The notes below the pieces were generated by a model that worked only from the letters and a program-made list of their open reading frames with translations, made no database searches and had not been told where the DNA came from. The position numbers were made by a program, and so were the translations under genes. A stretch of DNA of 64,000 nt from Eubacteriales bacterium (lineage in GTDB: Bacteria > Bacillota > Clostridia > Oscillospirales > CAG-272): the NCBI GenBank assembly GCA_045594305.1, contig JAZNYH010000092.1, positions 3,500 to 67,499 of the forward strand. The letters are read 5' to 3'. Of the stretch, positions 9,663-18,510 are shown piece after piece. The first letter of the stretch is position 1. Each line of letters starts with the position of its first letter.

Positions 9663-11378
9663 ATGTTAAAAAGATTTTTGGCTTACTATAAGCCACACAA
9701 GGTGATGTTCATTTTTGATATGCTTGCATCACTTTTAGTTGCAGTAATAGCGATATTCTATCCAATAATCACTCGCTATATGCTAAACGATTTTATCCCA
9801 CTTGGCAAGTTCGATAAAATAATCATATTTGGCTTTCTTCTGCTTCTTTTGTACCTTATAAGAATGCTACTTAACTATTTCATTCAATATCAAGGACACA
9901 CAATAGGAGTTAGAATGCAGGCGCAGATGAGGAGCGATATGTTTAATCATCTGCAAAAATTGCCATATAAGTTTTACGACGACAACGAAACCGGTAAGAT
10001 AATGACAAGAATGACAAATGACCTTTGGGAGATAAGCGAGCTTGCTCACCACGGCCCTGAAAATGTGCTCATTTCGTCAATTTCGATAATTTTGTCATTT
10101 TCCTACCTTATGACAATAAATGTATGGCTCACGCTCATAATTTTTGCGTGCGTGCCTTTCCTTATGATAATTTCTCGTGCCCTTCGTAAGAAAATGAAGG
10201 AGGCATTTACGGAAACTCGTAAGGCGACGGGCGAGATAAACGCCTCAATTGAAAGCTCCATAACGGGTATTCGTGTAACTAAGGCGTACACCAATGCCGA
10301 AGAGGAGGAGGCAAAGTTCGAGGTAGGCAACCAAAGATTTGTAAAATGCAGAAAGGTTGCGTACAAGGCTATGGGACTTTTCCATTCCTCGACAACCTTT
10401 GTAACAGATGTATTCAATGTAATTGTGCTTATTGCAGGTGGTATATTCCACTTCAACGGACAAATATCACTTGGTGACTATACTGCCTTTGTAGTGTCGG
10501 TAAACCTATTTATAGGACCTGTTAATACCCTTATCGGCTTTATGGAGCAATACCAAAATGGCGTAACGGGCTTTAAACGCTTTCTTGAAATAATGGATAC
10601 CGAGCCAGAGAAGGACAACGAGGGTGCAACGCCTATAAGTGGCGTGCGTGGAGATATTGTCTTTGATAATGTTTCCTATGGCTATGATGAGGGAAGAGAT
10701 GTTTTAAAATCGCTCTCTCTTGAAATCAAGGCGGGCGAAATCTTTGCACTTGTAGGTCCAAGTGGTGGTGGAAAAACGACAATTTGTCACCTTTTGCCAA
10801 GCTTTTACGAGGTGGAGAGCGGAAAAATACTGCTCGACGGCAGGGACACTCGCCAAATAACAAAGGAAAGCCTAAGAAAAAGCATTGGAATAGTTCAGCA
10901 GGATGTTTACCTGTTTAATGCAAGCATGAGAGATAACATTCTCTACGGACGCCCAGAGGCTACTGATGAGGAGGTTGTCGAGGCGGCAAAGCGTGCAAAT
11001 ATTCACGATTATATAATGACGCTCGAAAAGGGCTATGATACTGTGATAGGTGAGCGTGGAGTTAAGCTCTCGGGAGGACAAAAGCAACGCCTTTCAATAG
11101 CGAGAGTGTTCCTAAAAAATCCACCTATACTTATCCTTGATGAGGCTACAAGTGCTCTTGATAATGCAACCGAGGTGCTAATTCAAAAATCCCTCGATGA
11201 GCTATGCCGTGGCAGAACCACAATAGTAGTTGCACATCGCTTGTCAACTGTTAAAAACGCAAATCAAATCGCAGTTGTGGCAGGTGGCGAGATAATTGAG
11301 CAGGGCACACACGATGAGCTTTTAGCTCTCGGTGGCGAGTATGCCGAGCTATATAGCTCTCAATTTAAGAACCAATAG
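9663..11378 (+). CDS. ABC exporter, fused permease/ATPase (MsbA/type I exporter family)
   Basis: Six N-terminal TM segments, Walker A GPSGGGKTT, signature LSGGQKQRLSIAR and Walker B ILILDEATSALD. Confidence 0.9.
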   Translation: MLKRFLAYYKPHKVMFIFDMLASLLVAVIAIFYPIITRYMLNDFIPLGKFDKIIIFGFLLLLLYLIRMLLNYFIQYQGHTIGVRMQAQMRSDMFNHLQKLPYKFYDDNETGKIMTRMTNDLWEISELAHHGPENVLISSISIILSFSYLMTINVWLTLIIFACVPFLMIISRALRKKMKEAFTETRKATGEINASIESSITGIRVTKAYTNAEEEEAKFEVGNQRFVKCRKVAYKAMGLFHSSTTFVTDVFNVIVLIAGGIFHFNGQISLGDYTAFVVSVNLFIGPVNTLIGFMEQYQNGVTGFKRFLEIMDTEPEKDNEGATPISGVRGDIVFDNVSYGYDEGRDVLKSLSLEIKAGEIFALVGPSGGGKTTICHLLPSFYEVESGKILLDGRDTRQITKESLRKSIGIVQQDVYLFNASMRDNILYGRPEATDEEVVEAAKRANIHDYIMTLEKGYDTVIGERGVKLSGGQKQRLSIARVFLKNPPILILDEATSALDNATEVLIQKSLDELCRGRTTIVVAHRLSTVKNANQIAVVAGGEIIEQGTHDELLALGGEYAELYSSQFKNQ

Positions 11379-11508
11379 TATAGAGAATAAAAGAGGCTAT
11401 CGTTAATTCGGTAGCCTTTCTGTTTATAAATGTTTTTTGTTGACAATTACGACTAAATATGATAAAATAAAAATTGGTATTTAACAATTATATTTTACGG
11501 AGATAATT

Positions 11509-12966
11509 ATGGCAAAGGAAAAAACACCAAAGCCGGTTGTGAGAAAATGTCACAACTGCGGTAAGCCTCTTGATGAGGGCAAGGACTTTTGTCTACATTG
11601 TGGAGAAACCTATCAGGTTGTCGCAAAAAAGAAAAAGCCCTTTAATACAAAGCTTTTCATAAAGCTTCTTATTATTTTTGTGGTTGTTGCACTCTTGGCA
11701 ACTGCTACAATTATTATTGTAAATCGTGTTCGTGAGGATATGAACGAGAGCAGATATGTTCGCCTTGTAAACTATATCAAGGATAACGGAATATCGACAA
11801 CGCTTGCTGATATGAAGGCGGGCAAGATTGAGGACGGCGAGGAAGAGAGCGAAGAGAGCGAGGAAGAAAATGAGGACGAAGAGAACTCATCAAGCGTAAA
11901 GAAGACCTCTGCTGAAAGCTCCGCCGAGGACGAAGCCGAGAGCACCGAGGGCGAGGGTGAGGGCGAGGAGCTTGATCCTGAAACGGCACCAATCCACCTT
12001 CTCAAGCTCAATGACGGAACATGGCTCTACTGCTACGACACCGATAGCAATGTATTCTATCTTTGCAGAGATGTTATAACAAACGAGTACAAGGACTCAA
12101 AGGACGGCCCTGTTGTTTCGGGAGTCTTTCATATTAGAATAGATATTCGTATTGATGAAAACAGTCCTACCTCTGCTCCTTGGACAGCAAGCCTAAGCTA
12201 CGACTCCAAGGACTACTACCAAAGCTACGACTTCCATCGTGAATACGACGGAGTTTTGAACCCTGCTGAATTTACCTACAAGGAGGGAACTCTCGTTCCT
12301 AACAAGCTTGCCGATAGCGAGTGGGTAAACCCATTTACAAGCATTAAGGAAAGCTACGCAGAGCTAATAGGCGTTCGCCTTGAAATGAAGGTTGAGGACA
12401 TCATTTCATCAATGAACGGTGCGTGCTATGAGCTTGATAAGAATAGCCAAATCACACCACTTCTTCTTGACGCTATGGAAAAGCTTGAGCTTGTCCTTGA
12501 AAACGAGGAAATCGACACCGACGAAAAGCTTATCGCTGAGGTAGACAAGGTAATTGATGAATTCAATACCGCATACAATGAGCTATTTGCCGATGACGGA
12601 GTAGAGACCGACACAGATGAGGGTGAGGTTGCCGAGGAGCTTTCAATAGGAAAAATCCTTCTAATGGCAAGCACCACAACAGATGATGAAGAGGAAGAGA
12701 ATACCGAGGATGAGGATACCGAGGGTGAAAATACCGACGGTGAGGGCACCGAGGGCGAGGAGGAGGCTGAGCCAGTTGTTCTCCCACCATCAGAGCAAAT
12801 TCTTCGTGCAGCGGTTATAACTCTTTCCGAGCAAACTCAATTCGCAACCGAGGCTCTTTATAACTACCTTGACAAGAACGCAAAGGAAGTAAGAGTTACA
12901 GTTGGAGAGGTTGGCTTTAAGAAATATCAGGAGTATATCGACTCCCTTGTAACAGTAAAATCGTAA
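11509..12966 (+). CDS. Hypothetical membrane-anchored protein with N-terminal zinc ribbon and acidic low-complexity tracts
   Basis: CHNCG...CLHCGE, then one TM (LFIKLLIIFVVVALLATATIIIV), then two E/D/S-rich tracts. The promoter TTGACA-17-TAAAAT sits about 50 nt upstream. Confidence 0.6.
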   Translation: MAKEKTPKPVVRKCHNCGKPLDEGKDFCLHCGETYQVVAKKKKPFNTKLFIKLLIIFVVVALLATATIIIVNRVREDMNESRYVRLVNYIKDNGISTTLADMKAGKIEDGEEESEESEEENEDEENSSSVKKTSAESSAEDEAESTEGEGEGEELDPETAPIHLLKLNDGTWLYCYDTDSNVFYLCRDVITNEYKDSKDGPVVSGVFHIRIDIRIDENSPTSAPWTASLSYDSKDYYQSYDFHREYDGVLNPAEFTYKEGTLVPNKLADSEWVNPFTSIKESYAELIGVRLEMKVEDIISSMNGACYELDKNSQITPLLLDAMEKLELVLENEEIDTDEKLIAEVDKVIDEFNTAYNELFADDGVETDTDEGEVAEELSIGKILLMASTTTDDEEEENTEDEDTEGENTDGEGTEGEEEAEPVVLPPSEQILRAAVITLSEQTQFATEALYNYLDKNAKEVRVTVGEVGFKKYQEYIDSLVTVKS

Positions 12967-13026
12967 TTTTTAGGGCACACGCTTTGTGTGCCCTAAATTA
13001 AACAAAAATCGACCTAAGGAGATAAA

Positions 13027-13716
13027 ATGATAATAGGCGGATTTCAAAAAATGACAATGCTCGACTTTCCGGGCAAAATAGCGTGCACAATATTCACCTA
13101 TGGCTGTAATCTTCGCTGTCCGTTTTGCCATAACGCCTCGCTCGTTACAGACAAGCCCGAGGAGATTAGTAAGGATGAAATTCTTTCATATCTAAAAAAA
13201 AGATGCCGTGTGCTTGATGGCGTATGCATCACGGGTGGAGAGCCACTTATGCACGGCGAGAGCCTTTACGAGCTTATAAGAGAAATAAGGTCGCTCGGGC
13301 TTCTTGTCAAGCTTGACACAAACGGAGCGTATCCCGATAGGCTTGAATATGTAATCAAGCAGGGGCTTGTTGATTATGTTGCTATGGATATAAAGAATAG
13401 CAAGGAAAAATACGCCCTCACCACAGGGCTTGACACGCTTGATATATCCCCCTTTGAAAAAAGCGTGGAGATACTTAAAAATAGTGACATAGATTACGAG
13501 CTTAGAACCACCATAATTAAGGAATATCATACCATTGAGGACATAAGAAAAATTGGCGAATGGATAAGAGGCGCAAAAAGATACTTTTTGCAGAGCTTTG
13601 TTGATAGTGGAGCACTAATATCAGACGGGTGCTCAGCACACGAAAAAAGCACCCTTGAAGCCTTTAAACAAACGGCCTCAGCCTATATTTCGAGTGTTCA
13701 GCTAAGAGGTGTTTAA
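13027..13716 (+). CDS. nrdG: Anaerobic ribonucleoside-triphosphate reductase activating protein (radical SAM)
   Basis: CNLRCPFCHN radical-SAM cluster motif, GVCITGGEP, 229 aa, adjacent to nrdD. Confidence 0.9.
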   Translation: MIIGGFQKMTMLDFPGKIACTIFTYGCNLRCPFCHNASLVTDKPEEISKDEILSYLKKRCRVLDGVCITGGEPLMHGESLYELIREIRSLGLLVKLDTNGAYPDRLEYVIKQGLVDYVAMDIKNSKEKYALTTGLDTLDISPFEKSVEILKNSDIDYELRTTIIKEYHTIEDIRKIGEWIRGAKRYFLQSFVDSGALISDGCSAHEKSTLEAFKQTASAYISSVQLRGV

Positions 13717-13763
13717 CACAATATCTTGTGAAAAATTTTTTGAAAAAGCACAAGATATTGTGT
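13716..13763 (+). promoter_or_regulatory. Two tandem NrdR boxes (32 bp centre to centre) that also form a 15-bp hairpin plus T-run, i.e. the nrdG terminator
   Basis: ACACAATATCTTGTGA (13716-13731) and GCACAAGATATTGTGT (13748-13763) each match 14/16 of the published NrdR-box consensus acaCwAtATaTwGtgt. The two are exact reverse complements over 15 nt and are followed by TTTTTT. Confidence 0.7.
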
Positions 13764-13771
13764 TTTTTCTA

Positions 13772-13800
13772 TTGACAAAGACAAAAAGTTGTGATACAAT
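13772..13800 (+). promoter_or_regulatory. Sigma-A type promoter for nrdD
   Basis: TTGACA (13772-13777), 17-nt spacer, TACAAT (13795-13800). Confidence 0.65.
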
Positions 13801-13994
13801 GTAATCACTACTGAGGAAAACCCCAAAAAACAACAATTTTCGAGTATTTTGATACCCCACATCGGAGTATCTATTTTTACGCTAAAAATCGGAAAAACCC
13901 GCCGATTTTTTCAAAAAATTGCTTGAATTTTAGCTCTCAGTAACACAAATATTATTAAATGATAGAAGATAAAACAAAAAAGGAGAAAAGGATC

Positions 13995-16364
13995 ATGTAT
14001 GATGTAATCAAGCGTGATGGCAAAATTGCTAATTTTAACATTGCTAAAATAGCAAATGCTATCAAAATGGCATTCGACGCTTGCGAGAAGCAGTACAATC
14101 AGGATATCATCGATTTCTTGGCACTTAAAGTAACTGCTGATTTCGAGAGCAAGGTTGAAAACGACAGAATTTCAGTTGAAAAAATTCAGGACAGCGTAGA
14201 GAGCGTTCTTATCAAGGCTGGCTACGATGATGTTGCAAAGGCTTACATTCTTTATCGTAAGCAAAGAGAGAAGATTCGTAACATCGGCTCTACCGTTCTT
14301 GACTATAAGGAAATTGTAGATAACTATCTTAAAATAAATGACTGGAGAGTTAAGGAGAACTCAACCGTTACCTATTCCGTAGGTGGACTTATCCTTTCAA
14401 ACTCTGGTGCTATTACCGCTAACTACTGGCTCAGCGAGGTTTACGATGAGGAAATCGCAAACGCTCACCGTAACGCTGATATCCACATTCACGACCTTTC
14501 AATGCTCACAGGCTACTGCGCAGGCTGGTCACTTAAACAGCTTATCCAAGAGGGACTTGGTGGCGTAACAGGTAAGATTACATCTGCTCCTGCATCACAC
14601 CTTTCAACCCTTTGTAACCAAATGGTTAACTTCCTCGGCATTATGCAAAACGAGTGGGCAGGCGCTCAGGCATTTTCATCCTTTGATACCTATCTTGCAC
14701 CATTCGTAAAGATTGATAACCTTTCATATAAAGAGGTTAAGCAGTGCATTCAATCCTTCGTATATGGCGTAAACACACCATCTCGTTGGGGAACACAAGC
14801 ACCATTTAGCAACATTACCCTTGACTGGGTAGTTCCATCAGACCTTGCAGAGCTCAACTGTATCATTGGTGGTAAGGAGGTTGACTTCAAGTACAAGGAT
14901 TGCGAAAAGGAAATGGCAATGGTCAACAAGGCGTTTATCGAGATTATGATCGAGGGTGACGCTAATGGCAGAGGCTTCCAATATCCTATCCCAACCTACT
15001 CAATTACAAGCAACTTCGATTGGAGCGAAACAGAAAACAACAAGCTCCTCTTTGAAATGACCGCTAAGTACGGAACACCTTACTTCTCAAACTATATCAA
15101 TAGTGATATGGAGCCAAGCGATGTTCGTTCAATGTGCTGTCGTCTTCGTCTTGACCTTCGTGAGCTTCGTAAGAAGTCAGGTGGCTTCTTCGGTAGTGGA
15201 GAGAGCACAGGCTCAGTTGGTGTTGTAACAATCAATATGCCAAGAATTGCATACCTTGCAGAGAACGAGGAGGACTTCTACGCTCGTCTTGACAAGCTTA
15301 TGGACATCTCGGCTCGCTCACTCAAGGTAAAGAGAACAGTTATTACAAAGCTTCTTGAAAATGGACTTTATCCATACACCAAGAGATATCTTGGAACATT
15401 TGCTAACCATTTTAGCACAATCGGTCTTGTTGGTATGAACGAGGCTTGCCTTAACGCTAAGTGGATTGGCAAGGACCTCACAAACGAGCAGGCACAAGCA
15501 TTCACCAAGGATGTACTCAACCATATGAGAGAGCGTCTTTCTGACTACCAAGAGAAGTATGGCGACCTTTACAACCTTGAAGCAACACCTGCGGAGAGCA
15601 CCTCTTACCGTCTTGCAAAGCACGATAAGAAGCACTACCCTGAAATCATCACAGCTCCTTGCGTAAACGGAGATACCCCATACTATACAAACTCATCACA
15701 CCTTCCTGTTGGCTTTACAGAGGATATCTTTACAGCTCTTGATATTCAAGATGAGCTTCAAACCCTCTACACCTCAGGTACTGTATTCCATGCATTCCTC
15801 GGTGAAAAGCTTCCAAGCTGGAAGAGTGCTGCAAATCTCGTTAGAAAGATTGCAGAAAACTACAAGCTTCCTTACTACACAATGTCACCAACATACTCTG
15901 TATGTAAGAACCACGGCTACCTCGTAGGTGAGCAAAAGGTTTGCCCAGAGTGTGGCGAGGCGACAGAGGTTTATAGCCGTATCACAGGCTACTACCGTCC
16001 TGTTCAAAACTGGAACGACGGTAAGAGTCAGGAGTACAGAGATAGAGCAGTTTACAACATTGAAACCTCAAAGCTCGTTAGAAATGGCGTAGCAGTAGAG
16101 GACAAGGCAGATGAGAGCGATTGCTCAGCAGAGTCAAACGCAATCTACCTCTTCAAGACAGCAACCTGCCCTAACTGTAAGATAGCTATCTCCCTTCTCG
16201 ACAAGGCAGGCGTAAAGTACGAGCAGGTTCTCGCAAGCGCAGAAAACAAGGCACTTGTTGACAAGTTCGGCATTAAGCAAGCACCAACTCTCGTAGTTGT
16301 TAAGGACGGCGAGGTTCAAAAGTTCACAGGCGTTTCTGACATTAAGAAATACCTCGGTGCATAA
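13995..16364 (+). CDS. nrdD: Anaerobic ribonucleoside-triphosphate reductase (class III) with a C-terminal thioredoxin-fold extension
   Basis: N-terminal ATP-cone (VIKRDGK...F...KI), Zn ribbon CPECG, glycyl-radical motif SRITGYYRPV.NWN.GK..EY. An extra roughly 100 aa ends in a CPNC thioredoxin-fold module. The ATG at 13995 has AAAGGAGAAAAG upstream. Confidence 0.93.
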   Translation: MYDVIKRDGKIANFNIAKIANAIKMAFDACEKQYNQDIIDFLALKVTADFESKVENDRISVEKIQDSVESVLIKAGYDDVAKAYILYRKQREKIRNIGSTVLDYKEIVDNYLKINDWRVKENSTVTYSVGGLILSNSGAITANYWLSEVYDEEIANAHRNADIHIHDLSMLTGYCAGWSLKQLIQEGLGGVTGKITSAPASHLSTLCNQMVNFLGIMQNEWAGAQAFSSFDTYLAPFVKIDNLSYKEVKQCIQSFVYGVNTPSRWGTQAPFSNITLDWVVPSDLAELNCIIGGKEVDFKYKDCEKEMAMVNKAFIEIMIEGDANGRGFQYPIPTYSITSNFDWSETENNKLLFEMTAKYGTPYFSNYINSDMEPSDVRSMCCRLRLDLRELRKKSGGFFGSGESTGSVGVVTINMPRIAYLAENEEDFYARLDKLMDISARSLKVKRTVITKLLENGLYPYTKRYLGTFANHFSTIGLVGMNEACLNAKWIGKDLTNEQAQAFTKDVLNHMRERLSDYQEKYGDLYNLEATPAESTSYRLAKHDKKHYPEIITAPCVNGDTPYYTNSSHLPVGFTEDIFTALDIQDELQTLYTSGTVFHAFLGEKLPSWKSAANLVRKIAENYKLPYYTMSPTYSVCKNHGYLVGEQKVCPECGEATEVYSRITGYYRPVQNWNDGKSQEYRDRAVYNIETSKLVRNGVAVEDKADESDCSAESNAIYLFKTATCPNCKIAISLLDKAGVKYEQVLASAENKALVDKFGIKQAPTLVVVKDGEVQKFTGVSDIKKYLGA

Positions 16365-16443
16365 GACAAAATAAACACTTTCGGCGACTGTTAATCGGTC
16401 GCCGAAAAACTTGATAATATAAAAATAAGATAGGAGAGCCATT

Positions 16444-17352
16444 ATGTGCTATGATATAATCGTTGTGGGCGCAGGTCCAGCAGGTCTTACCGCAGGACTT
16501 TATGCGTGCAGAGCAAACAAGAGCGTGCTTGTGCTTGAAAAGGGTGCATTTGGTGGACAAATCACCTTTTCCCCAAAGGTTGAAAATATCCCTGGCTTTA
16601 CAAGCCTTACAGGTAGTGAGTTCGCAGACAAGCTCGTTGAGCAGGTGCTCTATCAGGGAGTAGAGGTTGAGCCATGCGAGGTGCTCGGCATTAAGGATGG
16701 TGGCAAGACTAAAACAGTAGTTACCGACTCTGGCGAGTATGAGGGCAAGGCTGTAATTATAGCCACAGGTGCAACTCATCGCCTACCTGGTCTTGATAGA
16801 GAGCTTGATTTTATAGGTAACGGAATTTCCTTCTGTGCCGTTTGTGACGGAGCCTTCCACGAGGGCAAGGTTGTCGCAGTTTTGGGTGGAGGAAACTCTG
16901 CTCTTCAAGAGGCAGTATTGCTTAGTGACCTTTGCAAAAAGGTATATGTGCTCCAAAACCTTGATTTCCTAACAGGCGAGGCAAAGCTACAAGAGCAGCT
17001 CGCAAGCAAGGATAATGTTGAGATTATAACAGGCGTAAAAATTACCGAGCTTATAGGCGATAGCGAGCTTACTGCCGTTAAGGTAGAACGCACACAGGGT
17101 GAGACATTTACCCTTGAAATAGACGGACTTTTCGTTGCAATAGGACTCGTTCCACAAAATAAGCCCTTCGAGGAGCTAATCACCCTTGATACCTATGGCT
17201 ATGCAGATTCAACCGAGGACTGCAAAACCAAAACCCCAGGCGTATTTGTAGCAGGCGACTGCCGTAAAAAGAGAATAAGACAGGTTGCGACAGCATGTGC
17301 TGATGGAGCTATTGCGGCGCTCGCTGCCTGCGACTATATTGAACATTTATAG
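16444..17352 (+). CDS. trxB: Thioredoxin-reductase-like flavoprotein (low-Mr TrxR family; NADPH-binding HRRxxxR motif absent)
   Basis: Contains VVGAGPAGLTAG (FAD), the redox-active CAVCDG, GGGNSALQEA and GVFVAGDC. VYVLQNLDFLTGE stands where canonical TrxRs have V..IHRRD.FRA. Confidence 0.85.
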   Translation: MCYDIIVVGAGPAGLTAGLYACRANKSVLVLEKGAFGGQITFSPKVENIPGFTSLTGSEFADKLVEQVLYQGVEVEPCEVLGIKDGGKTKTVVTDSGEYEGKAVIIATGATHRLPGLDRELDFIGNGISFCAVCDGAFHEGKVVAVLGGGNSALQEAVLLSDLCKKVYVLQNLDFLTGEAKLQEQLASKDNVEIITGVKITELIGDSELTAVKVERTQGETFTLEIDGLFVAIGLVPQNKPFEELITLDTYGYADSTEDCKTKTPGVFVAGDCRKKRIRQVATACADGAIAALAACDYIEHL

Positions 17353-17688
17353 CGTCGTTATGCGTCGTTACTAATCTAGTCTGCGACTTCAGCGTACGCC
17401 AAGTACGCTATCACCCGCAAACTCGATAGAGCCTAGCCTAACTCGCTCTAAATGCTCAATTGTAGATGAATCTCAAATAAGCGTCGCAATACGGCGGTGC
17501 TACTCGTAGCCGACCTCGGAGTACGCTATGTACACCGTCGTCCGTCTACTTGCCGTTGCGTCTTGTCTTGCTTGCTTCTTTAAGATTGTATTGATAGCGT
17601 CGTTATGCGTCGCAATACGGCGTTGGTCGAGAAGCCTCTGCTGACAACACAATGCGAAAAGAAAAGTAAAATCCCGACGCTTGTCGGG

Positions 17689-17943
17689 ATTTTTTGCTTT
17701 TCGTTCCTCTTTGCGGGAATGGCAATATTTGGCTCGTCGTTTTTTACAGCCCTAAATGACGGACTCACCTCGGCAATAATCTCGTTCCTTAGAACCCTTG
17801 TGTTCCAAATTCTTGCGGTAATAATTATGCCACTAATTTGGGGAACTGACGGAATATGGGCTTCAATCATTGTGGCAGAGCTTATGGCGTTTACCATATC
17901 TATCATCTTTATCTATCTAAAACGCAAAAAATATAATTACTAA
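17689..17943 (+). pseudogene. C-terminal remnant of a MATE-family efflux transporter
   Basis: Only the last roughly 80 aa are present (two TM helices, ...GTDGIWASIIVAELMAF...YLKRKK). It is preceded directly by a terminator hairpin (17668-17696), with no N-terminal 350 aa. Confidence 0.55.
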
Positions 17944-18154
17944 CCTCGGGGTGGCAAATGTGCCACCCTGTGTGCTTTTTTATACAAAAAACGCCCGAAT
18001 TTGCCTAAAAAAGCATCTAAAATCCTCATACCGAACGCCACAGAAGTTATTTTTTTGTTGACAAGAGTATATAATATATGTTAAAATAAAATGAATTGGT
18101 GTGTGTATGCGTATTGCGTGTGCGTACCTACAATATCTTAAACGAGGAAATAAA

Positions 18155-18477
18155 ATGAGCAAGCAACTATCAATGATGATTTTGTCATACAGAAACATTG
18201 AGGGCATTTATGAAACCCTTGATAGTGTTTTTGTGCAGGACTACGCAATATTGAAATAGTTATATCAGAGGAAATATTGAGAGTGGCATTTGAAAAGCTC
18301 GGGCTTGAAAGAGTATATCTATATGTATCGGTTGAAAATATCGGTGCAAACAAATTTTATCAAAAATTCGGCTTTGTTGAGGAGGGCGTGTTTAGAAAGC
18401 ATGTCAAAATCTCAGGGGAGCTAATGGACATAAGATGGTATAGCATTTTAAGAGATGAATTTTTAAGTAGAAAATAA
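18155..18477 (+). pseudogene. Chimeric remnant: glycosyltransferase family 2 N-terminus (frameshifted) joined to a GNAT acetyltransferase C-terminus
   Basis: 18155-18259 encodes MSKQLSMMILSYRNIEGIYETLDSVFVQDYAILK-stop (GT2 start). The +1 frame continues NIEIVISEE and then runs straight into LRVAFEKLGLERVYLYVSVENIGANKFYQKFGF (GNAT C-terminus). Confidence 0.5.
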
Positions 18478-18510
18478 ACACAGGGCGAAATAAAAAATAA
18501 GGAGAAGATC

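Noticed and set aside
16380-16406. Hairpin TTCGGCGAC / GTCGCCGAA between nrdD and trxB as a terminator
   Set aside because: It is followed by AAAAAC rather than a U-tract on the plus strand, so I do not call it an intrinsic terminator. This is consistent with nrdD-trxB co-transcription.
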